A DNA stretch of 64,000 bases from Dimorphilus gyrociliatus (Eukaryota; Animalia; Annelida), in assembly GCA_904063045.1 (NCBI GenBank), contig CAJFCJ010000019.1, forward strand, positions 1,875,700 to 1,939,699, given 5' to 3'. The translations under genes were made by a program, and so were the position numbers. The stretch's first letter is position 1. Each line of letters begins with the position of its first letter. Of the stretch, positions 39,001 through 53,700 are shown piece after piece. The notes beneath the pieces were generated by a model, which worked only from the letters and a program-made list of their open reading frames with translations, searched no databases and was not told the origin of the DNA.

Positions 39001-41289
39001 CAGCCAGTATATGCTCTACAAAATTTTTCCAAGGATGATATTGAAAATGCACATAAACTGTGTTCAGGAAAACAGCTTACTAAAATCGAAATAGATCAAT
39101 GTATTTTCGATATTGTATATTCAGGAGATGTTTCAATGGCTTGTCAGTTTGTTTGGAACGTAAAACTATGTCCTAATCAATGCCTAAGTAGAGGCACCTG
39201 CTTAAATGGAACATGTATATGCGTTGATGGATGGTCCGGTGAATATTGTGAACAAGGTGATTGTGGCCTATGTGTAAATGGGAATTGTAGTGAAGGTTTC
39301 TGTATCTGTAATGATGGATTCGAAGGTCCAGCATGTGAAGATGAAGCAGTATGCGAAATGAACTGCTCTTACAACGGTGTTTGCGTTAAATCTGGTGTTT
39401 GCAGATGTAATGAAGGCTGGCTCTCTCCGAATTGCACTGAATTAGCGCAATGTTCTCTTGGTTGTGGAAATCATGGTCTCTGCATAGATGATGAAAAATG
39501 TAAGTGTAATCTTGGATATAATGGAACGAGCTGTTCTACTTTCAGTTGTGAAGTACTTAATCATTGCTCCGATCATGGATTTTGCCTTGACTTTGATACT
39601 TGTCTCTGCTTTAAAGGCTGGACAGGTGAAAGTTGTTCAATTCCTATATGTGACAATCAGTGCTCAGGAAACGGTGAATGTAACATGCCAGGAAATTGTT
39701 CGTGCCAAGTGGGATATTCTGGAAGTGACTGTAGCATGTTGGATAGCTGTCCTCAAGTTCGAAACTGTACGAATAATGGATTGTGCGTTAATGAAACAAT
39801 TTGTGCTTGTGACGAAGGGTTTGACGGGATAGACTGTAGTGTACCTGTATGTACTCCTCCATGCTCCGAAAATGGCACTTGTATAGAGCCAGATAGGTGC
39901 ACTTGCAATATGGGTTATACTGGTAAGACTTGTACGGAATTTTCGTGCGAGTCTCTCCAATACTGTTCAACTCATGGTAATTGTACTTCTTTCGATCAAT
40001 GCGAATGCGATGAAAATTGGACTGGGCCCTTGTGCGATATTCCTTTGTGTAAGGCTGTATCCAGTTGCTCAAAGAATGGTCAATGCATTGATGTAAATAC
40101 TTGTATTTGTGATAGGGGATTTGAAGGAGTGGACTGTAGTTCACGAGTGTCTAAAAATATGGCTCCTCCAAAGTTCTTCACTCAAGATCTTAACATAGAG
40201 GTGAAAGAAGACATTCAAGTGGGAGAATATTTAAAAGAAGTTTATGCCAATGATACTGATCCAGGAGAGGCGGGAACAGTTTCATACTTTTTGCTACCAA
40301 CAAATGCTCCTGTTACAATTGATAGTAGAACGGGTATATTAAAAACATTAGGAAAACTTCAACCCGGTCAATTTCATTTGGAAGTTGTTGCATCAGACAA
40401 TGGCATTCCAGCAAAGTCATCTTCAAAGAGTTTAAAGATGACCGTACTGGACATTAACGAATGTGCTACTATTTATAGCCCTCTAAACAACTTTCAGCTA
40501 ACAATCAATAGTAGTTTACCTTTAAATTCTACCCTATTTGACATCAACGTAACAGATAGTGACCTTGGAATTTTCTCAGAAATATTTGCAGCAATCAACT
40601 TCGAAGGATCAATATTAAAACCTTTTTTAGATATTGCTAATAATTCTTTGACATTAAAAACACTCCTTACGCCCCTTCCACACGGTCAATATAGAGTCAA
40701 ATTAATAGTTTTTGATGTGTCAGATGAACCTTGTTCAAGTACAATAACCTTTACAATAAATATTCTACCCCCGTATGCTGACAACGGAAATTTTGGGGAA
40801 AATCCAGATACTGATGACAACGAGAAGACAATTACCCTTTCTAGTTTAGCAACTTCTACACTTCAGGTTTCAACACAAGAATCTTCTACAAACCCTCAAA
40901 CTAATACTTATTTAAATACACATCTAATGACGTCATTAGGAAAATCTACTGAGTCAGAAAAAACGAATACGTTTTCATCAACCTCTCCATCAAGCGTCAC
41001 TCTAAGTACTCTAAACGACAAATCGTCGAAAACAGAAAGTTCTCAGCAAACGAAACTAAGTAGTGAGCAAACTTCAGTGTCACTTACCGATATATACACG
41101 GAACAAAGGGAAACCTCCAATACTCCAAGTAGAGAGTCAATTACGAAATCTATTTCTATTGCACAAAGAGCACCGATTTCCAAGTACTTACTAACAGGTT
41201 TAGGATTAACAATTGCATCATTATTAACAATTATAGCTGTCTCTATAACAACAATTATCAAAATGAAATATATACATTGGCATAAATAA
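27060..41289 (+). CDS. Giant mosaic type-I membrane protein, copy B (~4452 aa): three Bark-like supermodules, MAM, beta-helix, CTL, EGF, PSI, unassigned region, VWD (GDPH), EGF array, 2 cadherin-like domains, S/T stalk, TM
   Basis: ATG at 27060. There are 14 GT..AG introns: 27474-27538, 27666-27721, 27879-27947, 28118-28171, 28339-28390, 28611-28670, 30858-30933, 32476-32537, 33284-33366, 33476-33533, 36671-36721, 37320-37371, 37531-37606 and 37710-37766. They total 871 bp and leave 13,359 nt, with the frame checked at every junction. Motifs: MAM (DSCDFETPICNW...GIDRISLRSC), CTL (CLPGWRYIDGNCYF), VWD (GSGDPHLETLDG), TM (LLTGLGLTIASLLTIIAVSITTII). Confidence 0.88.
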
Positions 41290-41758
41290 GAAAAACGTAT
41301 GATTCTCTGAAGAGAGAAATAGAGACAAGGAATGTTAATATTCATTAATTGTACTCAATGTTGTATATGTTTTACCAACAGTAAAATAGTGTCGGTTATA
41401 CTGCAAATAAAAATATCAAATTCTTATGTAATAGTACTCAATAGATGAAATTTTATCTTAATATTTCAATATGTAGTATTAAAACAAATGCAGTAAAAAG
41501 AAAAACATATTCATACCACATACACATGTATATATACTACTTACAAAACTACTCATCTAAAAAGATATAAGCTTTTTGATCAGTTGTTCAAAAACTTTAC
41601 AAATAGCTGGTGCTAATGAATTAGCCAAAAGCTATTAGAGATATTTCAAAGAAATTGCCTTACACGACAAACTTCAGAGGTTTATCAGCAGAGGAGATAT
41701 TCTTGGAAGTTGACGTTGTAATTGTTTATCAATTATCAATAGAAAAAACGTTTCAAAG

Positions 41759-44700
41759 ATGCATTTTGCATTTATCTTATTGATTGTAATAAATTTACAA
41801 TCGATATTGACGGAAAACATCTCTCCTGATAATAATAATCAAGATTTGGAGTTGTACTCAAAGACCTACTTTATTGAAGGTGTTGTTAAACCTAAATCAT
41901 TAGCTATAAAGGAGGGTGCAAAGTTAATATTTCAAAGTGATCAAAGTCGAATTGTTATTGAAAATGGTAAAGTTATAATAAATGGTACAAGAAGTCATAA
42001 CGTCTTTGGACTTTATCATAATAACGAAAAGAGTAAAGAATATATAAAAGCCCAATATACTCATAAGTTGAAGAAAAGTATTGAAATATAAATTGTATGA
42101 TAGCATAGACCTTATTTTATTGATATTACTTTTACATTATAGAATTGGATTATATTGAATATATTCCACTAATCAGAAATGAAAGTGTTGATGGATTTAA
42201 CGATAAAACGAATGTTAATTATGTAAAGATATGCAGAGAACAATTACATTCCATTGATACAATAGGAAAGGTTTTATTAATTTTTCTCATCTAAATATTG
42301 TCTATAGATCAATTTAAACCTTTTCTTTTATCGTTATCGTTTTTAAGCTTGCAAGCGAATATTTAGGATACGATAAGGATAGAAAATTCGAAATAATAGA
42401 CGAAAAGGAGAGAGATAGATGCTGTATACTCGAATGTTTATCGCATGGCCTAGATATTCGAGAATGTGTTATTAAATGTATGTAAATTACTTTTTTTGAT
42501 GTTTTTCTAAATTCCTATAGGCCTAGATTAATTGATTTATTTTTTTTAGATGAGAAAATTGATTATCCATTGAAAATTAAAAGTTCAACTTCGAGGTTAC
42601 GATATGGAATTGTTATAAAAAATTCAAAACAAGTATTTATCAACCATTTTGAAGGAGTAAGAATTGGATTGCATATATTTAACTCAAGAATTGAATTAGT
42701 AAAGTAAATAAATTATTAGAATATCTTCTTCTTCTATTTTATCCTTCCTCTTTTAGATCTATAAAACTAGAGGATGTATCGTTCTCCAAAGCGGCACTGC
42801 TTATTGAAAATCAAAGACGAAATGATGAATCCTCTTTATATTTAAGTAACATCCATGTTAAAAATAACTCCAATTTTGGTTTGTACATTGATTTTCCTGG
42901 AAAAGTGCATTTGAGTAAGTTTTCTGCCAGAAAAAACAAATTAGCTGGAATATTTTTGACATCAACCGTAACACTTATTCAACCGAGTGGTGTTATTACA
43001 AAATTAAACGATTTAGACTGTTTAACGTGCGATTCAAATCTTTGGCATTCAATATTTTTTCAACTTAATTATCAAAAGCCAACGAAGAAGGTGATAATTG
43101 ATTACAAATCATTTTTTAATATCATTTATTTATATACCAATCTAGATTCTAAAAGCAAGAAGCGGAGACGTTATTTATGTAGAAATATATAAATCGAATA
43201 ATCCTATTAATATAACAATTAGAGATGGAAAAGATGAAAATTCACCAATTATTCTTCACAATTGCCAATGGACTAGCGATAAGAATATTCGTCTTGAATC
43301 AACTGGTCAATATTTAACAATATTAACCGAACCAATAATTAATTCGAATAAGGTTATAATCTTTCTAAAATCAGTTAAACCTAAATCAACATTTACGGTT
43401 ATAAATCATGGAGAGACGCACAAAAATGACTATGGATTAATTATTTATAATTTAAATTATCCTATATATATAAAAAATTTAGACGTTGATAAGAATAATG
43501 AAAATGGATTATCAATTTATAATCCCATTTTTCATACTATAATAAGGCATAGTAGATTTACCGGAAATGAAAAAGGATTAAGATTAGCCTACGAATGGGG
43601 TTCGCAAACTATTGAAAATAGTACATTCTCATCGAATAAGAACGAAGCTATAGATATTACAAAAGAAGATAGTGAACAACTAAATAGTAATATTAAGATT
43701 AGCAATAATACGTTGAATAATCATAAAACACATACAACAATTCATATTGAAACAAAAGGCGTTTCTAGTGTAAATATTGAAAATAATAAGTTTATTAATG
43801 GAAGAGCTACAGATATCAAATTGAAAAATCATAATGATAAGAAATCGAAAACAGTAAATTTTATTGTAAGAAACAATAGATTTTCTTGTAAGGATGCTAC
43901 TAAGGATTATATTATCAGTTGTAATGGAATATCATCAATAGAGATAATGAAAAATATCGTTGAGAATTCGAAGAAAGGATTTTTAAGAATTATGAATAGA
44001 TTAAACGAAAGCAGTGATATTTATATTAGAGATAACACAGTGAAACATTGTTTAATACCAAAGCATATAATTGATATTGGGAGAAAAGCTGAATTTAATA
44101 ATAGAGATTTAGTTAGAATTAAGAGAAATTCATTTATCGGTAACTATCCAAGAGAAATTGATCATTCGAATAAGCAAACAGCAATTATCGTAATAAATGT
44201 TTACGATATAAGGATAAATGAAAATATATTTGATAATTATAAGTTTGATAGAGAATTAACTCTACCGAATTCATTAGCAAATAGTGAAATTATCATAAAT
44301 AAGAATGTAGACGCTAGAGAGAACTATTGGAGAGATGTAAACGTTTTAAATTGTGTTGACGGTCATTTTTCATCGTATAATTATAGAGGAGTACTACTTT
44401 CTCCAATATATTTAGATAAAAATCTCACAATTCTAAAAGACATTTCATTGGAGACTAATGGAAAAGAGAGATTTGAAGGGGACTTTAATAGCGACATTAT
44501 TATTACCAGTGGAGAGTATAGAATGACTCGCAATTGTCGTATCTTAAAAAGAGCTAAAGTTACCATACAACCTGGTGTTGTAATTAGAGCATCACCGAAT
44601 ACTGGTATAGAAGTTTATGGTCAATTAGAGATTCTAGGAACTCCTTCGTCAAGAGTTATTATAAAATTAGACAGTGCACCCGACAACGACACTGTCAATA

Positions 44701-47700
44701 TACATAGAGACAGTAGAGTAGAAATTATAAAATCTAAAGAGTCGATGTTTGTTTGCTATACGAATGACGAATCTATTGCACCTTTTAAAGCGCTTTGCAA
44801 AGCGGCCGGCTATGGCGTATACGAAAAACATTCATTCAAATTTGTAGATAATAGCGTAAATGGTTGGAAAGTTGAATGTACAAATGACAAATACGATAAT
44901 TGTATTGTAAAGAAAGCCAAATGTACCGATGGATATTTGACGTTGAGATGCGGTAAACAGCAAGAATGGTCTGGTATAAATTATCTTATTAATTCAAAAT
45001 CAAGTATTATACAAGGTTTAACCTTAATTGGTTCTGGCCGATTAGGGCACGATCTATTTTTTGAATTATTCCAACATGAATTAAAAGATATTAGAATTCT
45101 ATCGAAAAGTTCAAAGAATTTATTAATATTGCAATCAAAATTGGAGAATATATTAAAGATTAACGATTTAGAAATATATTCAACGAAAGTTAATGGAAAA
45201 ACGATTATTAATGCTTTAAATGTTCAATTTAATGGATTAAAGCTGTTTAATACAAAGGTTGTTTTGGGTCATTATAGGAAAATTGATTTTCTTCATTATT
45301 TCAATAGAGACGAAGATAGAATAAGTAATATCGAAAAATGCCCAAAAGTTCCTTTCTATATTAAGCGTGGTGAACAATTAATATTAAGAATATTAATACA
45401 CAAGGGTTTATCTTCAAAGTGTAATTTGGAAATGTTAACTCAAAAGAATAATAGATTAATGCTATATATCTTTCCTATAAGATATAATTCAAGAAAATCT
45501 ATTGGATGGATTGAAGATAAGAATAATAAATATCCTATAACCAGTGAACCTTTTAATTATTTGGCATATAATAGAGTAAATGTTATACTAAATTCAGGAG
45601 ATTATATAGCTCATTATATAATCGTTAATACCGAAACTTTGTATATTACACTACCAAGAATTGAAAATAATTTAATGATACAGAATTCATCGTTTAAATC
45701 TAATGGAGAATATGTTAATTATATTGAATTTGATACGAATTTCAATTATAATATCGATATAAAAACAACAAATTTTACGTATGGAAAATATTTAATTTAT
45801 TCAAATCGTAAAATCTTCTCGAATAATAATTTAACATTAAAATATTCAAATATTAAATATTTGCATCATATTTCGCCGAAACCAATTAAAAATATGATTA
45901 TAAAAGATTGCCATTTTAAAGGAACTCATCATCCTTTTCATATTCATTCAAAAGAGATAATTAACTATCCAATTACAATTGAATTTTTAGATAATTATAT
46001 AACTGTTGAAATGGAAAATCCATTCAAGTATGGACAATTGAAATTTCGAAATTCAAATAAGAATAATTGCCTTATTAGAATTATTAATAATAGATTTAAT
46101 GATAAAAGAATATACCAGAGGAAACCATTGAAAAATTACCTTAATTTAAATGTTGATTGTCAAATAAGAATTGAAGAAAATAGATTTATAAACTTTCATT
46201 ATTATCATTCTATTTTACATATAAAAACATTAAATAATCATATAAATTTAATGGATAAAATGAATAGAAGAAAGGATGTTATCATTAAGAAGAATTCATT
46301 TGAAAATATTAATAATATTTCGAATTGTATTGAATTTCATTTGGTTAGAAGTTCACTTGAGATGATTGAAAATAATTTTACATCTTGTTTAACAAGTCAA
46401 AGTATTCTAAATTTGAATATATTCGACGATAATAGAAAATATTATAATCTAAAAGGAAACGCTATCGTTCAATGTTCAACGAAACATCTAATTAATATAG
46501 CCGGTAATATTATTCCAATTATTGAATTGAATAACTTTAATAGCGTTTGTAAATTCTATTTACATTTAAAAACTATATGCCCAATTAGAAAAGAGAAAAG
46601 TTGCATCTATAATATTCCGTATAATTATTGGGGTTCTCGTAAGAATTTATACGAGAGATTTTACGATGGAAATTACGATTCTTTCTTACCCAGACTAGAT
46701 CCGTCACCAATCTATTTAACAGAAAATTTTACCCTTAAAACCCAAATTGAAAATTTAAATGAAAAATATAGAATACACCTTAGCGGATATATACAAGGAG
46801 ATTATCTCTTAAAAAATTCAATAGTACTTACGGGAAATGTTATTATTGAAGATAATCTGGAAATCTCTAGACAACAAGATATTGAGATTATATTTAAAAA
46901 ATGCCATAATCTATTGATAATACGCGGTAGACTTACATTTGGAAAAGTTACTGATTTAGAAAAGAAGTCTACTTTAAAATTTACATGTTTAGATAGAAAA
47001 GATAATTTACCAAATGTTTATTATTATCAAAGTCAATTTCCGGTTGTTTTTGATAATTTAATAATAAAAAATGTAAATTTTATATTTATGGGTACACCTC
47101 CTCCGAAAATTGAAAATTGTATATTCGAAAGGGCACATATCAAATTGATAAGGACTTTTGGAGAAAATGATAATTTCACTGTAAAGAATGCTAAATTTAC
47201 ATCGTCGAATAATGGAAAAAATGATTATATTTCATTAGTACAGAATCGTCATGATACTATTATAGAGAATAGTCATTTTAAAGATGGATATTCAGCTGTT
47301 CGTTGGAGTAGCGATAATAAAGATTCAACTTATAGTAAATTGAATTGGCCTACTTTGTTTCTTTGTATATATGGATCTATTTATGAATTTTCGGAGAATG
47401 ATTACGGTTTATCGCTCGACGTTGAACATTTAGAAAGATATAACGCTGTTGGATGTTCAACTGAATTTATTTCGCCTATAAATCATATTATAAAGATTAT
47501 AATTGAAACTGAATTAGACGATAGATTATCGCTTGTTAAGATATACGATGAATTGGGTAACGTATTAGTAAATGGTAAATTAAGACAAGCTAAAACTATT
47601 ATATACTCTGAAACTAGAAAGATTAAAATTGAACTTAATTCAAAGACAAACTATCATTCTGACTTTAAACTATTCATTCAACCTGTTAAAGAATCTTCCT

Positions 47701-50700
47701 ACCTATGTACATTCGAAGGATCGAATTGCGAATGGAAAATTCCAAATATACTACCAAAATCATATTCATATTTTAATCGAATTCAATCCGCAAACGTAAA
47801 TTTTATAGATGGATTTAAATACGATGCAACCTATCCATCTTCGACCAATGGTCATTATTTTGCAATGAATATTAAAAGTGAAGGGGATATTTTGGCAATT
47901 CCGGAAATTTATGGGAAAATCTTTGATTCAATGCATAATCTATGCTATTTTAAAATGTACGCTTACAGTTCACATCCGAATCAAGTATTACTCATATCCG
48001 TTGATATATTCGACGCTTATGGACCTAATCTGCACCTAAAGACAATAGATTTAACAAACGACTGGAAATTATATAGAATACGCTTGAAAATTGTTAAAAA
48101 TAGAAAATTTCGTTTAATTATCAAAACTTCCAGTGAATTAGAATCAAATATTGTTATCGGAATTGATAATACGGATTACGAAGAGTGTAGGAATGAAAAT
48201 AAGCAAGTTCAAATAACTGATACTACATTTAGTAGTATTAGTGAAGAGTCTATTCAAATTATTAATAAAGAATACGGTAATAGTATTAAGATAATACTGG
48301 AAAAATTGAACTTTAATATTGGATTTAATTCAATTGATATCAATGTCTATAACGCTTTAATACTTATTAGAAATTCAAATTTAACTTCTTTAGATTATCT
48401 TAATCTACAATTTAATTCGGATAAGAGATCAAAAGTTATCTATACTCAAAATGAAGTAATTAGCGATATATCCAAACATTTTATATTCAAATTAGAAAAT
48501 AACGGAAATGGTCAAGTAACGAGTCTAATTGAAAAGAGTATATTCGATATAGTATTGAGATCAACTACATTAATATCAATTAGAAATACTTATCTTTCCC
48601 TTGACAATAACCTATTTGAAATTGTCGTTAACGGGCCATACGAGAAAACTATTATTAATCATCAGTCGCCAAATTATGGATTGAAAATAACGAATTGTAT
48701 CTTTCTTACGCAGAGTAAAATTAAAATCATTTCTTCCAGATCACGAAAGATTCTCTTCAATAATAATATTGTCGAATACGGAACAATTGATATTAAATTA
48801 AGAATGGACGAACATCTCTCTCTGCAACGTAATTGGTGGGGAACGAGAAAGATGAATATTATCACTAAACGAATTATTCATAAGGAAAGTGATAAAAATT
48901 TAAGATTTGCTCTCAAACCAATATTTGAATTTGAACCTAACAGTATGTATCTATCTGTTGGATGTCCTATAAAATGGTTTGAATATAGAGGCTATTGTTT
49001 CTATTACCATCTTTCGCCGGCAAGTTACGAAGTTGCCTATGAATTTTGCGATCGTCAATACTCAACTCTTCTAACAAGAAAGGATTTGATTGAAAATCAA
49101 CAACTATCTTCTTGGATCAAATATAAACACTTTAATGGTTTCCATATCAATGATATATGGACGTTAAACGGACGATATAAATATAAACAAACGGCCTCTT
49201 GGATTTGTAAAAGGAAAAACTCTGGAATATGCCCCTTCAATTGCTTTAAAAGAGGTACTTGTTCGAGAGGTGTTTGCCATTGTCATAGTGGATGGGAGGG
49301 AACATATTGTACAAAGTTTACTTGTAAACAAATTGAAAATTGTTCGAATCACGGAAGTTGTACGGGACCGAACGAATGTAAATGTAATCCAGGTTGGCAC
49401 GGTCCAACTTGTGGACAATCGAAATGCTCTAGATATTCAACATGTTATGATTGTACAAGAAATTCAGGTTGCGGTTGGTGCGATTCAATAGCGAAATGTA
49501 TGCCAGGAAATCCGAAAGAATCGTTTTTCGACTGCAAAAATCATAGTTGGTTCTATAGGAGTTGTTTAACACTCTCAACAGGAGGTTGCTCAAAATTTAT
49601 ACAAAAAATAAATTGCGAAGATTATTGTAGATGGTCGGAAAGTTCATTGTGCAAACAATGCAGAGAATTTGAAACATGTTTCAACTTGGATTCATTAGAT
49701 TGTTCACCATTAAACGAATCACTCTGTCCTGGAGGTATTCCAAAATTTGACTTTTACGGACCATTTAACAAATTAAACTCAATAAAATTGAATGAAAATT
49801 TAATATCTATCGACGATGATAAATTATACAGATGTAATTTAAATGCTAAACAACATTTTAATGGAAACAATTACGAAATACTAATTATACCTAGAATAGT
49901 TGAATACGAAAGAGGTTCTGTAATATATAGTTCAAAAATATCTGGTATAATGCATAAAGTAATTGATTATGAATTAAAATTGAATAATTATACATTGGTA
50001 TATGGAGAATATATATTACCTTACGATCTATTAAATTCTGGACATTATAAATTTGATGGTAACGTTATTAATAAATTTAATAATATCTATTATTCTGGTA
50101 AATTAATAACAAACGATGATATTGATAAATTGAAAATGAACTTAAAGGAGTATATGTACACAAATATAGATCAATATAAATCGTATAAGATAATCGGAAA
50201 GGATTATTTATATAAGGGAGAAAGAATTGTTTATTCTTATTATTTAATAACGAAATATAATAAAGCAAAGATAAACGATATTCTCATTTCGAAAACGTCA
50301 AAAGGATTTTTGGAAGAGATTGAAAATAAAAGAAAATATAAGAATATCGATTTAATTATTGAAACAAAATTTCTTAATGGAATTAATGGAGTTTATATAA
50401 AAAAATTTAATAATATCTCTGAATTAGAATCGAAGCTTACTTGCGATATGAATAATAATAAATATGGATTATATTATTTAAATTATACTGATAATTTAAA
50501 TGAATATGATTTAGTAGTTAATAAGAAAGAATCGCCACTATTATCTATTGTTAAACAATCAAAATCTATTGGTAATAATTGGTATTTAATAGAATTAATT
50601 GATTTGTTTACAATACCTATAAATTTTAATAATCAACAATTTAATTGGAATGATTATAAGATTATTACAGATGAGAATGCAATAACTGATCCTTCAACGT

Positions 50701-53700
50701 TTGCGAAGAGATTAAATAATACGTTTATATTGGACGATTGTATAATAAATTTAAATGGAAAATTAACGGAATTTTTTAATTTTGGTACTGAAATTAGAGT
50801 ACTACCGTATGAATCATTAATTGATCAAGTAAAGTTAAATGTTCAATTAAATTTTAGCTTTAAACTCAATTTAATAGCTATTCCCAATAATCGAATGGAA
50901 ACGACAGTTAAAATTGATAGAGAACGATTCGGTTATCAAATGAGAAAGTATTTTACAATAAATTTCTTAAATGTTGATATATTAGGAGTTATCGATTTGG
51001 TTAATGTCGATTTGGACTTGCTAGAGGGACTAATCGTTGGAAAAGTCATGGGAAATGCATCAATTTCAATAATAAATGAGTGCTTTCTGACTTTTGCCTA
51101 TCGTAGAGGAAACGGTCTAAATATTATTGATAATGAATCAAGCTTTAAATTAATGTTCGCTAATCATTCTGGCGAGTGGAATGATACGATGGATCTTACA
51201 GCCAGTTTAAAAATTAATTTTAACATTAAATGGCCTTATTTAAATTCTAATCAAGATACGCTGAGGGGTAGAAACTCAATTTATAAATGGCAACAAGATG
51301 CACCATTAAATTCAATAGAGAACTGGTTAAAACGCATAGAAGAATCTTCACTATCAAATGATAATTCTAATAGAAAATCTTTAATATCTATCGAAAGAAT
51401 CCAAGAAATTAATTACAAATGTTACGTTAGTAGGATTCGAAAGACTTTTGTTAAAAAGTTTACAATTTCAACGGGTTTAAGTGATATTATTGGAAAATTT
51501 GAATTTTTCAACGAATCCGATCATAGAATTATTCAATTGACGAATTTCGGTAAAACTCTTCAAGATAAAAACGCAGATATTCGAGGAGATAAATGGAAAA
51601 GTCTATGCCCTTTTCACTACGATAAATCCGACTATGGAATGTTTGGGCTAGTTTACGAAAAATATAATATTTGCCTACACACTTGTACTTGTCCAAACGG
51701 AGAATACGGCCAAACTCTAATAGATGGAGAATGTTCGTGTTGTCCTGATGGTACACCCAGGCCATTTGATAATTTAAATTTCGAATGCCCTTGCATCTGC
51801 CCAAATGGCAGAAAATCAACTACTGGACCAAAAGGATGCCGTTGTAAGTCTTGTAAGGTTTGTCCCGATGGTAGGAGACCTCCAATAGGACCTGACGGAA
51901 GTTGTTTATGCGACAACGAATGCGGAATTGACGGTCTTTGTACACTAGGACGTACCGGTTTGCAATGCGATCAACCGTCCTGTCACTCTCTGAACAATTG
52001 TAACGGTCACGGAGTTTGCTTAAATACGAATGATTGCGGATCGTATTGCGCCTGTTTTCCCAATTGGATAGGTCCTAGTTGTGCGATAAGGGAGCATAAG
52101 ACTAGCAGGGGGTCGCCTAGCTTAGAAACTCTTGATGGTAAATCATACGAATTTTTTAGTATTGGACAGTTTTGGGGATGTATTTCGAATGTTATTAGCT
52201 ATCAATTACGATTTTTTGGTTATAAAACAACATCATTTATTGGAGCTATAGCAATAAGATTGGGAAAGTCTGATATATTAACTGTAAATGGTAAGCTGAA
52301 AGCGAAAATTACAGAACCTCCAACGATTAAATTAAATGGTAAAGAGATACTGAGCGAATATACGAATAAATTTAGTAAAAATTTCAAAAACACCGGCTTC
52401 GTATTGGATATAGATATGACAGAAAACGAACATATATTCACAATAATATCAATAACCCATTTTAATGGTTCAGTCTTATCAGTAATTGCAGATTATAGTC
52501 CCAAAATGAACAGACAATATTTAACTGTAAGTCTATTAGCCGGAGTAGATATGATGAACAATACGAAAGGATTATGCGGAGTAATGAATGACAATACGGC
52601 GGATGATTTTATGGGACGCAATGGTACAATTTTTACTTCTGTTGTCGACTTCATAGAATCTTGGAGAATTGCAAAAATGAGCCGAGAGAATGGAGGATTA
52701 GCCAATTCATGGTCGGAAATTGCATCTAATTTCCATTATGAAGATAGAATTGACCCTTTGTACGTTAATTCTAACCATCTGCCCAGATACATTTTAGATA
52801 ATATTGATGATAATCAATATAAGATGGCTGAAAATCTTTGCGAAACAGCTAAATTAATGGGAAAAGAAAAAATGAGTTGTGTATATAATGTTATAATTTC
52901 AGGGGAGGTCAATATTGCAAAGCATTTAACCTATAAATTAAGGGATTGTCGCGAAAATTGCTCCCTTCGAGGAGAATGCTACAATGGAAAATGTATATGC
53001 ATGAATGGGTGGTCAAGTGATGTTTGTAACGAAAGAAAATGCGTTGGCTGTTCAAACGGCATCTGTTCTGTTGGCTTTTGTCGTTGTAATCCAGGTTACG
53101 AGGGTCCAACATGTGATTATAAAGCTGATTGTATACCAGAATGCAAAAATGGAGGGTTATGCGTCAAATCCGGCCTTTGTAAATGTACGGATGGATGGAC
53201 CTCACCTGATTGCTCGGTAAAGGCTCATTGTTCAAAAGAGTGTTTGAATGGTGGTATTTGCGTCGACAACGATATATGTAAATGTCCTCCCGGATACAAT
53301 GGGACAAGCTGCGAGAATTATAGCTGTGAATTAAGAAATTGGTGCTCTGGCCATGGAATGTGTATCGATTATGATAAATGCCTTTGCTTTACTGGATGGA
53401 AAGGATTATCGTGCTCCAAACCCTTATGTCCTAAAGACTGTTCCGGTCGGGGGAAATGTCTGACATCTGGTGAATGCGATTGTAACATTGGATATGAAGG
53501 TTCCGATTGTAGTTTCAGAAAGGCGTGTTCCGTAAAGTCTAATTGCTATAAAAACGGCATATGCAAAAGTGATGATGAATGTCTATGCGATTACGGCTAT
53601 TCTACCGATTGCGAGAAAGAAAGTAGTTGTCAACTGTGTCCCAATGGACTATGTCAATCGAACGGAAATTGTGAATGTTCAAAGAGATATTTCAAAAAGG

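Noticed and set aside
6057-41289. Adjacent or overlapping ORFs in different frames as programmed frameshifting, read-through or a prokaryotic operon
   Set aside because: Every junction in A, B and C is explained by a 50-89-bp GT..AG intron with consistent phase. The DNA is eukaryotic, so TTG/GTG starts in the track are not real starts.
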